Shown: positions 47,074-56,591 of the stretch, one piece after another
Position numbering within the stretch: the stretch's first letter is position 1
Layout: the number at the start of each line of letters is the position of its first letter
Assembly: GCA_902783895.1 (NCBI GenBank)
Contig: CACZST010000036.1
Coordinates: 3,278-67,277 of the forward strand
Length of the DNA stretch: 64,000 nucleotides
Origin: an uncultured Erysipelotrichaceae bacterium
Lineage (GTDB): Bacteria; Bacillota_I; Bacilli_A; RF39; UBA660
Direction: 5' to 3'
Notes under the pieces: model-generated
What the model saw: the letters and a program-made list of their open reading frames with translations, nothing else
Told to the model about the DNA's origin: nothing
Databases searched by the model: none
Translations under genes and position numbers: made by a program

Positions 47074-47144
47074 AGTCTATCACCTATATCATTGTAGCAA
47101 AAAAAAAGATAAAAAACAAGAAAAATCCCTTATTTTATAAAGGA

Positions 47145-47990
47145 TTATTCCTTAAGATGGGCTTCTAAAGAGGTCATTTGATACCCTTTTGAATTAATGT
47201 AACTTAAGAGGGCTTCAATCTGATTTTCTAAATCTTTATTAACTTCTAAAGATATTATCGCGCCTGGTGATAAAGATTTTTTTATATTTAAAAGTGGTTT
47301 TGTTTTAATAACTTTGGTTGGTTTAATCGTATATGAGTCTTGAATTTGGCATATTTTAAGGATATTTTTATTTGGTTTTTCGGTATAACAATAATTATAT
47401 TTTTGCGGTTTTATATTGGTTACAATTGTTTTAATCCAAACAAAATCACTATCTTCATAGTCTTCATTATTACTTAAATTTCCAATTGTATTTCCACTTT
47501 CAATTAAATTAATTATTTGATTGTGATTATTTTCTAAAAACGCACTATCAACAAAGAAGGATGCTTTTGTATTATTTTTATTAAGGGCTTTTATAATTTT
47601 ACTTATATTATCTTTACCTTTTGTTTTGAAGATTAAACTTATTTCTTTTTTGCTATTATTACCACTTATAATATACTTATCTTTATTTTTATCAAGTGGA
47701 TTATCAACTTCGACTGTTTTATAAACTAATAGTTTATCATCAAAATAACCTATTTTTTTCATTTCATTATAACTTTTTTCAGTGTCAACTTCCCTTCCAT
47801 TTTGGCCAGGAATAATTGTATTATCTTTAATAATTGGTGGTGTAGCATTTTCTTTGTAACCATCTTTTTTACTTTTTATTTCATTTAAAAGTTCATCGGT
47901 TTGTTTTGAGGCTGAGGATATTTTTCCTGTATATATGAAGCTGCCAATCATTAATGTTATGACACCAACCATTTGAAAGAATTTTTTCAT
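47145..47990 (-). CDS. NodB (polysaccharide deacetylase)-like protein with non-conserved catalytic motifs
   Basis: Signal/anchor N-terminus. 'EISLIFKTKG...TKASFFVDSAFLENN...IESGNTIGNLS' aligns with the TFDDG / HxxxH positions, but Asp and His are replaced. Confidence 0.4.
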   Translation of the reverse strand: MKKFFQMVGVITLMIGSFIYTGKISSASKQTDELLNEIKSKKDGYKENATPPIIKDNTIIPGQNGREVDTEKSYNEMKKIGYFDDKLLVYKTVEVDNPLDKNKDKYIISGNNSKKEISLIFKTKGKDNISKIIKALNKNNTKASFFVDSAFLENNHNQIINLIESGNTIGNLSNNEDYEDSDFVWIKTIVTNIKPQKYNYCYTEKPNKNILKICQIQDSYTIKPTKVIKTKPLLNIKKSLSPGAIISLEVNKDLENQIEALLSYINSKGYQMTSLEAHLKE

Positions 47991-48085
47991 AGTTTCACCT
48001 ATGTAAGTATATGAGATGTCTTTTTTGTTATTTCATTTTTAACAATTTTTTTCACTTTTCATATGATAATATGAAGGAGGGCTTT

Positions 48086-48274
48086 ATGAATACAAATTTT
48101 TATCCTTATGGTGGATATAATCAAGGCAGATATAACCAAAATAACAGATTGTTTGGTGGAGGATTTTTTGGTCCCTTTTTACTTGGAGGAATTACAGGTG
48201 GTTTAGTAGCTCCTTTATTTTATAGACCTCAGCCTTATTATCCATATCCATACTATGGTCCATATTATAGATAA
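48086..48274 (+). CDS. 62-aa Gly/Tyr/Pro/Asn-rich peptide (possible spore coat component)
   Basis: 'MNTNFYPYGGYNQGRYNQNN...YRPQPYYPYPYYGPYYR'. GGAGGG RBS. The track start at 48011 is an extension. Confidence 0.45.
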   Translation: MNTNFYPYGGYNQGRYNQNNRLFGGGFFGPFLLGGITGGLVAPLFYRPQPYYPYPYYGPYYR

Positions 48275-48287
48275 AAAATGCATAAAT

Positions 48288-49244
48288 TTATGCATTTTCT
48301 TTAATATAATTTTTAGATACTTCATCTAAATCTTTTATCATTATATCAATATTTTCTTCGTCTTTTATTCGCGCTCCTGAAGCATATTTATGACCGCCAC
48401 CACCATAGTTTTCTAAAACACTGTTTATTATTGGGCCTCTTGATCTGACAGATACTCTATATACACCAAAATTTTTATCTTCGGTAATTGTTACCCAAAC
48501 TAATATTTCATCAATAAAATTAAAGTTGTTAATCATATTACCTGGAGTTGGAACTTCAACATTATATTCTTTTAATATATCATCAGTTATCTTAATATAG
48601 GCAACTTGGTTTTCAGTTATAGAAAAATTACTTCCAATAAATGATTGAAATTTTATTTCTTTATAAGGTCTTAAATATAATTTATTGTAAATTTCATTAA
48701 TATCTATATTTGTCTTTTTAACTAAATTACCTACTAATTTAAATGTTTTATCAGTTGTATAGGCAAACATGAACCTATTTGTATCAGTTATTATACCAGC
48801 AAATAGTTTTTCACCAGCTTCTTTTGTTAATTTTAATCTTGTATTTTCACAAAGTTCTAAAATCATTTGACAAGCACTTGAAGCATTAGGATCAATCCAT
48901 TCAATTTTACAAGTTTTTTCAATAAATGGATGATGATCAATTTTAACTGATTTTTCAAAGTCAAATGGATTTACGCCATCAACACGATGTTTATCAGGGG
49001 TATCAGTAACAATTAGTAACCCTTCTTTATAATTTTCTGGCAGTTTATCTAATTTACCTAGAAAGGCAAATTTAGATGTTGGATGACCAACTGCGTAAAC
49101 ATGTTTTTTAGGAAATTTGTTTAAAATTATTTCTTTTAAGGCAAGTGAGCTACCTAAGGCATCGGGATCTGGTCCAATATGATGAGCTAAAATTATTGGG
49201 TCGGATTTTTGTATTTGTTTATATATTTTTTTATAAATATTCAT
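48288..49244 (-). CDS. nrnA: DHH/DHHA1 phosphoesterase (NrnA-type oligoribonuclease/pAp phosphatase)
   Basis: 'HHIGPDPDALGS', 'IDHHP', 'GGGGHKYASGA'. Confidence 0.8.
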   Translation of the reverse strand: MNIYKKIYKQIQKSDPIILAHHIGPDPDALGSSLALKEIILNKFPKKHVYAVGHPTSKFAFLGKLDKLPENYKEGLLIVTDTPDKHRVDGVNPFDFEKSVKIDHHPFIEKTCKIEWIDPNASSACQMILELCENTRLKLTKEAGEKLFAGIITDTNRFMFAYTTDKTFKLVGNLVKKTNIDINEIYNKLYLRPYKEIKFQSFIGSNFSITENQVAYIKITDDILKEYNVEVPTPGNMINNFNFIDEILVWVTITEDKNFGVYRVSVRSRGPIINSVLENYGGGGHKYASGARIKDEENIDIMIKDLDEVSKNYIKENA

Positions 49245-50226
49245 TTGTTTTCCCCTTTTCTATAGCTTCATAATCATTTATTATTTTTAAAAATTCTTCT
49301 TTAGTGTTTGTTTTAAATATTTTTTCTTTTACTTGGGATGATCCACTTAATCCTTTTAAATAGTAACTTGCTTGGGTTCTCATTTCTAATAAAGCAGTTT
49401 TTTCAGGTTTTATTTTTAATAAATAATCTAAATGTTTTCTTATCATGTTTATTTTATCTTCAAAGGTTGGTTCTTCAAGCATTTTTCCTTCTTCTAGATA
49501 AGTTACAGTTCTTTTTATAAGCCAAGGATTTCCTAAAACTCCTCTACCAATCATAATTGCATCACAACCAGTGTAGTCAAGCATATTTTTAGCATCAATT
49601 GGAGTTTTTATATCACCATTACCAATGACTGGGATATTTACAGCTTCTTTTACTTCTTTTATTATATCTAAATCAGCTTTACCACTATAACCTTGCGCTC
49701 TTGTTCTTGCGTGAATAGTTATAGCTTTAGCACCTGCTTCTTCACATTTTTTAGCTATTTCTTTAGCATTAATGTGGTTACTATCCCAACCACTTCTTAT
49801 TTTAACAGTAACAGGTACTTTAACACTTTCAGATACTGCTTTAACAATTTCGTATACTTTTTCTGGATCTTTTAATAAAGCACTTCCGGCTTGAGCTGAT
49901 ACGGCAACTTTAGGTACAGGACATCCCATATTTATATCAATAATATCAGGATTCATGTTTTCTTCAATATATTTTGCGGCTTTAACAAATGACTGTTTAT
50001 CACTACCAAATATTTGCTGAGAAATAGGTCTTTCATAGTCAGTCATATAAAGCATATCTATTGTTTTTTTACTTCCAAAGCATATAGCTTTATCACTAAC
50101 CATTTCAGCAACAACAAGGCCAACACCCATTTCTTTCGCAATTGTTCTAAAACTACTATTGGATATGCCAGCCATGGGCGCTAAAACAACTTGATTTTTT
50201 ATCTTCACGTTACCTATTTTCCACAT
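49231..50226 (-). CDS. dusB: tRNA-dihydrouridine synthase B
   Basis: 'VVLAPMAGISNSSFR', 'IDINMGCPVPKV', 'ITIHARTRAQGYSG'. ATG at 50226. Confidence 0.9.
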   Translation of the reverse strand: MWKIGNVKIKNQVVLAPMAGISNSSFRTIAKEMGVGLVVAEMVSDKAICFGSKKTIDMLYMTDYERPISQQIFGSDKQSFVKAAKYIEENMNPDIIDINMGCPVPKVAVSAQAGSALLKDPEKVYEIVKAVSESVKVPVTVKIRSGWDSNHINAKEIAKKCEEAGAKAITIHARTRAQGYSGKADLDIIKEVKEAVNIPVIGNGDIKTPIDAKNMLDYTGCDAIMIGRGVLGNPWLIKRTVTYLEEGKMLEEPTFEDKINMIRKHLDYLLKIKPEKTALLEMRTQASYYLKGLSGSSQVKEKIFKTNTKEEFLKIINDYEAIEKGKTNEYL

Positions 50227-50324
50227 CTTTACTCCTCTTTCTTTTAAAATTATAATATAAAAGTACATTTTTTTCAAGAAAATGGCTTTGTTTATAGGTG
50301 GCATTATATGTTTTAAAAAAACTA

Positions 50325-50488
50325 AAATTTATATATTTCCCCTTTTTAGTATAATTTTTCTTTATAAATTAGTAAAATTCATCTAAAAGAAAATGGGTAA
50401 ATTTATATAAAAAATCTTTAAAAATTAGGTAAAGTCACCATTTGTATATATATCAAAAGAAGTGTATATTTCCTTTGGAGGTAGTTAA
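50325..50488 (+). repeat. 164-nt conserved leader, copy 1 (includes TATAAT at 50350..50355 and GGAGG RBS)
   Basis: 145/164 identical, without indels, to 51374..51537. Similarity stops at the ATG. Confidence 0.9.
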
Positions 50489-51355
50489 ATGAATAAACTT
50501 GAAGGCACTAATAAAAATAATACTAAATGGTATCCAGGAACAAATGATTTAATGTTTAAAGCTATATTTACAAATAAAAATAATAATGATATTTTAAAAA
50601 TATTTATAGAAAGAGCTTTAGATAAAAAAATAAGTATGGTGAAGGTCCTGCAAAATGAACTTGCGAAAAATAATATATATGAAAAAGGTAAAATAGTAGA
50701 TATTTTAGCTGAAGATTTAGAGGGTAATGTTTATAATATAGAACTTAACTGCTATCCATACAAATATCTCCATATAAGAAATTTTGGATATATTGCTTCT
50801 AAATATGGTGAGGAAGTTAAGGCTGGAAATGATTATAATAATGTATCTAATTTTATTCAAATAAATTTAACTAAAGGACTTGGTAATGCTAGAACGCTTG
50901 AGGTATTCACCTTTACAAATAAACATTTAGATAAAAGGTTTATTGATAATCTAATTATATATGAATTTAATCTAGATAAAATATATAGGCAGTGGTATAA
51001 TGGTGATAAGAAATTTGACTTTATCGCAATACTTTCTTTTGAAAAAGAGGATTTAGAAAAAGTTAGAGGTGATTATTATATGGAAAAGGTAAAGGGTGAA
51101 CTTGAGCGATTAAACAAAGATACTAGATTTACTGAATTTCTTTCTGCTGAAGAAGATGATAGGAAAATAACTAATACCCTTAAAAACATCTATAAAATGG
51201 AAGGTGAAAAACACGGCATTGAGGTTGGCGTGAAAAAGGAAAAAATGGATATTGCAAAAAACATGATTAATATGAATTTGGATGATGAGACTATTTCTAA
51301 GGCAACTGGGCTTTTAAAGGATGAAATTGATAAAATTAGAACTAGCTTGAGCTAG
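50489..51355 (+). CDS. Rpn-family recombination-promoting nuclease / putative transposase (PD-(D/E)xK)
   Basis: 'NDLMFKAIF...GKIVDILAEDLEGNVYNIELN', typical of the YhgA/Rpn (Transposase_31-like) N-domain. Family assignment from memory. Confidence 0.6.
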   Translation: MNKLEGTNKNNTKWYPGTNDLMFKAIFTNKNNNDILKIFIERALDKKISMVKVLQNELAKNNIYEKGKIVDILAEDLEGNVYNIELNCYPYKYLHIRNFGYIASKYGEEVKAGNDYNNVSNFIQINLTKGLGNARTLEVFTFTNKHLDKRFIDNLIIYEFNLDKIYRQWYNGDKKFDFIAILSFEKEDLEKVRGDYYMEKVKGELERLNKDTRFTEFLSAEEDDRKITNTLKNIYKMEGEKHGIEVGVKKEKMDIAKNMINMNLDDETISKATGLLKDEIDKIRTSLS

Positions 51356-51373
51356 TTTTTTTATCATTTTTTT

Positions 51374-51537
51374 AAATTTATATGTTTCCCCTTTTTGGTA
51401 TAATTTTTCTTTATAAATTGATAAAATTCATCTAAGGAAAAATATGTAAATTTATATAAAAAATCTTTAGAATTAAGGTAAAATCACCGTTTGTATATTT
51501 ATTAAAAGAAGTGTATATTTCCTTTGGGGGTGATTAA
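51374..51537 (+). repeat. 164-nt conserved leader, copy 2
   Basis: See copy 1. Its -10 context is TGgTATAAT. Confidence 0.9.
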
Positions 51538-51804
51538 ATGGAAAATAAAAGACAAGGCCGCGGGGAATTTCTTCCAGGTGCCCATCCTAAGGTACTTAGA
51601 GCTATTATTAAAAATAAACATAACTATAATATAGTAAAAGAATTTTTAGAAGGGATTCTTAATAAAAAAATTAAAAAGTTTGAAGTTGACTGTAGTAGAC
51701 CACCTGAAGAAATAAATCTTTCTGAAGATTTTGTAATTAATCTTGTAGCTGAAGATTATGAAGGAAATAACTATTTAATTAATATTAATTCTAATTATCA
51801 TTAA
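51538..51804 (+). pseudogene. truncated, divergent Rpn-family paralog (88 aa, ends just after the D...E core)
   Basis: 'VLRAII...FVINLVAEDYEGNNYLININ' parallels residues ~20-88 of the 288-aa copy, then a stop. Confidence 0.5.
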
Positions 51805-51885
51805 ATCCATAAAAAGGCTAGCCTTCGCTAGTCTTTTTAGGTATTGTTTCTGTTTTTATTGCACTTCAGTTTTATAAATTCAATT

Positions 51886-52353
51886 TTAACAAACATCTGT
51901 TGTTATTTGACATTCATCTTTTGTTTTATTTACAATTTTTGCGGTTTTATCATTTGGTCCTTTGTAGGCACATTTTTTTAAACCACTATTATATATATAA
52001 AGTGTTATTTTACCATCACTAGTTATTAATATATTACCTGTTTCAGGACTTTCTCCACCATAATTTAAAATGTTGGATTTTGATGTACATACATTTTGTT
52101 TGTTAAGTCCTTTAGCAGTTTGATTATGACTTGCGAAAGTTATTTTAACTGGTATTAATGATTCATTATTGTATGTATTTTCACTATAATAAGTTTCGGA
52201 TATTTTTATAAGTGAATTTGCATCATCTAAAAGCGCATTTGTTTTAGAACTGTTTATAAAATTTAAGATGATTGGTGTGGTAATTGTGGCAACTATTCCA
52301 AGAATTATAATAACTGCTAATAATTCAACTAGTGTAAAGCCTCTTTTCATCAA
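51886..52353 (-). CDS. type IV pilin / pseudopilin-like protein
   Basis: Class III signal 'MMKRGFTLVELLAVIIILGIVA' (G/F cleavage site, Glu+5). Confidence 0.75.
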   Translation of the reverse strand: MMKRGFTLVELLAVIIILGIVATITTPIILNFINSSKTNALLDDANSLIKISETYYSENTYNNESLIPVKITFASHNQTAKGLNKQNVCTSKSNILNYGGESPETGNILITSDGKITLYIYNSGLKKCAYKGPNDKTAKIVNKTKDECQITTDVC

Positions 52354-52745
52354 CAGCCACCTTCTTTAAATTCAAACATGTATTTTTTAGAGGTACTGGT
52401 AACTTCAACATAATCGTCTAGAAATTTACTATTTGTTTTATCTGATATTTCATTACCATTTATATACCCATATTTAATTAAGTCTTTAACACATATTTTA
52501 CCATTTGAATAAGTTTTAACAGTATTAATGCTTTCTAATTGTTTTGGATAATCGTTTACTTTGTCACTTACATACTCAGCGGCAGCACTTTTAATTATTT
52601 CAATTATGGCATCATCATTATTTTCTTGTGATTGTTTTATCATGTTTAATGTTGATGGGAAAGCTATTAATGCGATAGTTACTAAAATGACAATTGAACC
52701 TAATAGTTCAATTAATGTAAATCCTTTTTTATTCAATTTAATCAT
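52350..52745 (-). CDS. type IV pilin / pseudopilin-like protein
   Basis: 'NKKGFTLIELLGSIVILV'. 4-nt overlap with the downstream pilin gene. Confidence 0.75.
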   Translation of the reverse strand: MIKLNKKGFTLIELLGSIVILVTIALIAFPSTLNMIKQSQENNDDAIIEIIKSAAAEYVSDKVNDYPKQLESINTVKTYSNGKICVKDLIKYGYINGNEISDKTNSKFLDDYVEVTSTSKKYMFEFKEGGC

Positions 52746-52807
52746 CTTCCTTACTATAGGTTAATTATATATTTATTTATTTATTTTTTCAAGGTAAAAA
52801 AATTAGA

Positions 52808-53572
52808 TTATCCTACTTTATGGAAATCTAATCTTAATTTATCGGCTATTGTAACCATAAACTCACTATTTGTTGGTTTGGCTTTATCGATATCAACACT
52901 ATATCCAAATATTTCTTCCATGAAATCGATGTTTCCCCTATTCCAGCTAACTTCAATCGCATGTCTTATAGCTCTTTCAACTCTTGAAGTTGTTGTATCA
53001 AATTTACTTGCTAGATCAGGATATAATTCTTTGGTGATTCCACCTATTATTCCGGGATTTTCGAAAATCATGCCGACTGCTTCCCTTATATATTGATAAC
53101 CTTTAATATGTGAAGGTATTCCAAGTTCATGGAGCATATTGGTAATTGATACTTGCAGATTACTACTATATAAATCTATATTTTTATTTTCATTTTGTTT
53201 TCCTTCAATATCATACATTCTTTTTTCTAAATCTGTTAGGTCAAAAGGTTTTAATATATAATAATTTACTCCGAATTCAGAAACTTCTCTTATTACTTCT
53301 GATGCATTGTAGCTGGTAGCGACTATTACTTTTTTCTTTATTCCTCTTTTCTTCATTTCATTTAATACATATATTCCGTCTTTGTGAGGCATTATAAGAT
53401 CTAATATTATTAGATCAAATTTATTTTGGTTTTTGCTAATTACATCAATTCCTTCTAAACCATCATGTGCCTCTAAAACTATGTCTATTTTTTCATTTGA
53501 TTTAAAATATTCTTTTACCATTTCTATTAAGTTTACATTATCATCAATCATTAATACTTTTATTTTTTCCAT
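52808..53572 (-). CDS. spo0A: sporulation master regulator Spo0A
   Basis: Receiver 'VLMIDDN...DLIMPHKDG' and the Spo0A-specific '[21 protein letters not shown]', '[17 protein letters not shown]'. Confidence 0.95.
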   Translation of the reverse strand: MEKIKVLMIDDNVNLIEMVKEYFKSNEKIDIVLEAHDGLEGIDVISKNQNKFDLIILDLIMPHKDGIYVLNEMKKRGIKKKVIVATSYNASEVIREVSEFGVNYYILKPFDLTDLEKRMYDIEGKQNENKNIDLYSSNLQVSITNMLHELGIPSHIKGYQYIREAVGMIFENPGIIGGITKELYPDLASKFDTTTSRVERAIRHAIEVSWNRGNIDFMEEIFGYSVDIDKAKPTNSEFMVTIADKLRLDFHKVG

Positions 53573-53674
53573 TTTTATTCTTTCTCCTTTACTATAAAAA
53601 TTATACAAATTCTTGACACTATTTTCTAGAGTGAAAAATAGCTAATTTTGTCGATAATTTGACTAAAAAAGAAG

Positions 53675-54373
53675 TTACTTTTGGGTAACTTCTAAAATTT
53701 TAATTAACTTCTCAGGGTCAGTTCCTGCTCCACCTATTAAATAACCATCAATATTTGGTATTTCTTCAAGTTTAGTGATACTTTTTTCATTTACTCCACC
53801 ACCATATAAAACATGAACATCATGCTTAAATAGTGATTTTATATAGCTAGCAATATCATCTATTTCTTCATTTGTTGGTGGCACGCCTCCTATTGACCAA
53901 ATTGGTTCGTAGGAAATATAAATATTTGAAAGGTCATCAACATCTTTTAAATTTACATCTAATTGTTTTTTTAAGAATTGTTTTGTTTTACCTTCATCTT
54001 TGGTTTTTTGGCTTTCTCCAATACATAAGAAAACTGTTAAACCATTTTTTACGGCGTTTTTTACTTTACCATTGATTAATTCTTCATCTTCTTTTAAATA
54101 ACTTCTTGTTTCACTGTGACCGATTAAAGTATATTTTGCGCCTAGGTCTTTGGCAGCTTTGGCAGATGTTTGGCCAGTATATGCGCCGGAATCTTTGGCG
54201 TATACGTTTTGGGCAGATACATTGAAACCTGCATCTGTATACAATTTTAAATATAGGTTTGATGGAGCTACTATAAATTTATCTTTATATTCTTTCATTT
54301 TCTCAATATATTCATTAACAGATTTTAAACTGTCAAAATACATTTTATGATTTGCGACTACTATTTTTTCCAT
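53675..54373 (-). CDS. tpiA: triose-phosphate isomerase
   Basis: 'VVANHKMY', 'IGHSETR', 'ISYEPIWSIG', 'YGGGVN'. Confidence 0.85.
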   Translation of the reverse strand: MEKIVVANHKMYFDSLKSVNEYIEKMKEYKDKFIVAPSNLYLKLYTDAGFNVSAQNVYAKDSGAYTGQTSAKAAKDLGAKYTLIGHSETRSYLKEDEELINGKVKNAVKNGLTVFLCIGESQKTKDEGKTKQFLKKQLDVNLKDVDDLSNIYISYEPIWSIGGVPPTNEEIDDIASYIKSLFKHDVHVLYGGGVNEKSITKLEEIPNIDGYLIGGAGTDPEKLIKILEVTQK

Positions 54374-55590
54374 ATTCCTATCCTCCTTAAGTAATTCGTA
54401 AGTTTGTTTTTTCCATTAGGAGAAGTTTCACTTATTGCTTTATTATAAACATGTAAAACTTTTTCTGCATAATATTTGGATGAATGCATTTCTGCTTGTT
54501 TTCTTGCCCCTTTACCGAGTTTTTTAAGTAATTTTTGATCGGCTGTAAGAGGCAAGATTTTCTTAATCGCATCTTTTTCAGATTCAAATATGTATCCATT
54601 TAATCCATCAATTACATCACTAAAGCTTTCATCTTTAATGCATATAGCTGGTAGTGAGGCCGACATAGCTTCAATGACTGTGAGTCCTTGAGTTTCAAAA
54701 TGACTTGCGGTTATAAATATTGAAGCAATATTATAATATTTTGGTGTTTCCTCATAAGGAACCTTCCCAGCAAAAACAGTATTATCTGTTAATTTATATT
54801 TATTTACTAGTTTCTTTAAATCTTCCATGTCTGGTCCATCACCGACTAAAAGGAGTTTTACCTTTTTATTTTTTTTGACTAATCCTTTAGTAATTTCAAT
54901 AATACATTCGATGTTTTTTTCTTTACCAATTCTTCCAATATAAAGCATTACAAAATCATCTTCTGAAAATCCTAATTTCATTTTTAAATGATTTAAATCT
55001 TCTTTTTTAAATTTTTCTTTATAAAATCTTTCAGTTTCAATTCCAGTTGGAATAATATATACTTCTCTATCATATTTGTATTTTTCTTTAAATAAATCAT
55101 ATGTTTTTTTAGTTGGCACGATTAATTCATTACAAGTTCTATCACAGTAAAATTTTGTGATATATTCGACTATTCTTTTACTACTTTTATCAAAATAACC
55201 ATGTGTGATTGTTTCAATATAATCTTCATACATTGTGTGATATGTATGAACTAATGGTATATGAAATTCTTTGGCTATTAATCTAGCAAAAGTTCCAACT
55301 CCAAATTCGGTATGAGAGTGAATAACATCTAAGTTCCATTTTGATATTTTTTTTATTACTTTAAATGGATATATTGATGTTAGACGGTAATCATATATTC
55401 CAATAGGAATACCAGGAACTCTAATAATTTTTTCATCATTTTCATATTTATAATTCATATTCTCAGGGTTTACAGTGACAACGTATACTTGGTGGCCTTG
55501 TCTTTCTAAGGCTCTTTGAAGCATTACAATACTTGTTGAAACCCCATTGATATATGGTGGGTAACTATCAGTAAATATTCCTACTCTCAT
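54361..55590 (-). CDS. GT4-family glycosyltransferase (glycolipid synthase-like)
   Basis: 'MRVGIFTDSYPPYINGV', 'GRIGKEKN', 'FETQGLTVIEAMSASLPAI' (EX7E region). Overlaps tpiA by 13 nt. Confidence 0.75.
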   Translation of the reverse strand: MRVGIFTDSYPPYINGVSTSIVMLQRALERQGHQVYVVTVNPENMNYKYENDEKIIRVPGIPIGIYDYRLTSIYPFKVIKKISKWNLDVIHSHTEFGVGTFARLIAKEFHIPLVHTYHTMYEDYIETITHGYFDKSSKRIVEYITKFYCDRTCNELIVPTKKTYDLFKEKYKYDREVYIIPTGIETERFYKEKFKKEDLNHLKMKLGFSEDDFVMLYIGRIGKEKNIECIIEITKGLVKKNKKVKLLLVGDGPDMEDLKKLVNKYKLTDNTVFAGKVPYEETPKYYNIASIFITASHFETQGLTVIEAMSASLPAICIKDESFSDVIDGLNGYIFESEKDAIKKILPLTADQKLLKKLGKGARKQAEMHSSKYYAEKVLHVYNKAISETSPNGKNKLTNYLRRIGIWKK

Positions 55591-56591
55591 TTTTTACCTC
55601 CTTTGTAGAAGTTTAAATCTAGGGCGCCTACTACAACGCCAAAATAGTATGTGACTATACGCCAAACTATCATTATACATGAAAGTTTAGGTTCTTTGAT
55701 AAAATAACCAAAGAATGCGAGAAAGCTATATTCTAATCCGCCTGTCCCCCCTGGTATGGGAACCATTGATCCTATCATCATAACGTAAGCTGATGTGACA
55801 ATTGTTATATATGGATTTAAGTATAAGTTTAGTCCTTTTATTAAAACAAATGGGATTAAGTATAGGATTATTAAAGCAATGAAATTAAGTAATATTATTC
55901 TTATAAAATTAAATTTACTTTTCATTAGTACAATCGCACTTTCATGAAAATTATTTATAAATTCTTCTGATTTTTTTAAAATTTTTTCTTTATCTTTTAA
56001 TATTTTTAATTTTAATAGTAATTTAAGACAACCATCAATTATTAATTTATTTCCTTTTGTTGAAAAGGCAACAATAAATAATACAATAATAACTATAAAG
56101 TTAAAGGCAAAACCGACCATAACTAAATATTTTAAGAATGAATCACTTGGAAATATATGCATTATTTGGTTAGATAAAATTGATACTATTCCAATTAAAA
56201 CTAAGGCAATTTGATATACAATAAAATCCTGAATTACAACATTTGTGCTTTGTCCAAGTGATAAACCTTCCTTTTTTAATTTATATATTTGCCACGGCTG
56301 GCCGCCGGCTGCAAAAGGGGTTATTATGTGAAAAAACTGAGTTGTTATCATAAGGTGGAAGCCTTCTTTTACTGTATATTTTTTATCTAATCTATTTACA
56401 CAAAAGTATAAAACTAATCCTTTTAAAAACCAGTAAGTTAATATCATTAAAAATGCAAGAATTAACCACCATGGATTAAATGATAATAAATAGTTTATTT
56501 TTTGGTTAAAATTATCTTTTAAGGTAAAATATAAAACTACAGCAGTTAGTAAGGCAATGATTATAAAATTTAGTTTATTATTCTTTTTCAT
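55587..56591 (-). CDS. UPF0104 / lysylphosphatidylglycerol-synthase-TM-like 'flippase-like' membrane protein
   Basis: Eight or more TM segments. 'PIPGGTGGLEYSF' motif. ATGA overlap with the GT4 gene and 14-nt overlap with pgk. Confidence 0.6.
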   Translation of the reverse strand: MKKNNKLNFIIIALLTAVVLYFTLKDNFNQKINYLLSFNPWWLILAFLMILTYWFLKGLVLYFCVNRLDKKYTVKEGFHLMITTQFFHIITPFAAGGQPWQIYKLKKEGLSLGQSTNVVIQDFIVYQIALVLIGIVSILSNQIMHIFPSDSFLKYLVMVGFAFNFIVIIVLFIVAFSTKGNKLIIDGCLKLLLKLKILKDKEKILKKSEEFINNFHESAIVLMKSKFNFIRIILLNFIALIILYLIPFVLIKGLNLYLNPYITIVTSAYVMMIGSMVPIPGGTGGLEYSFLAFFGYFIKEPKLSCIMIVWRIVTYYFGVVVGALDLNFYKGGKK

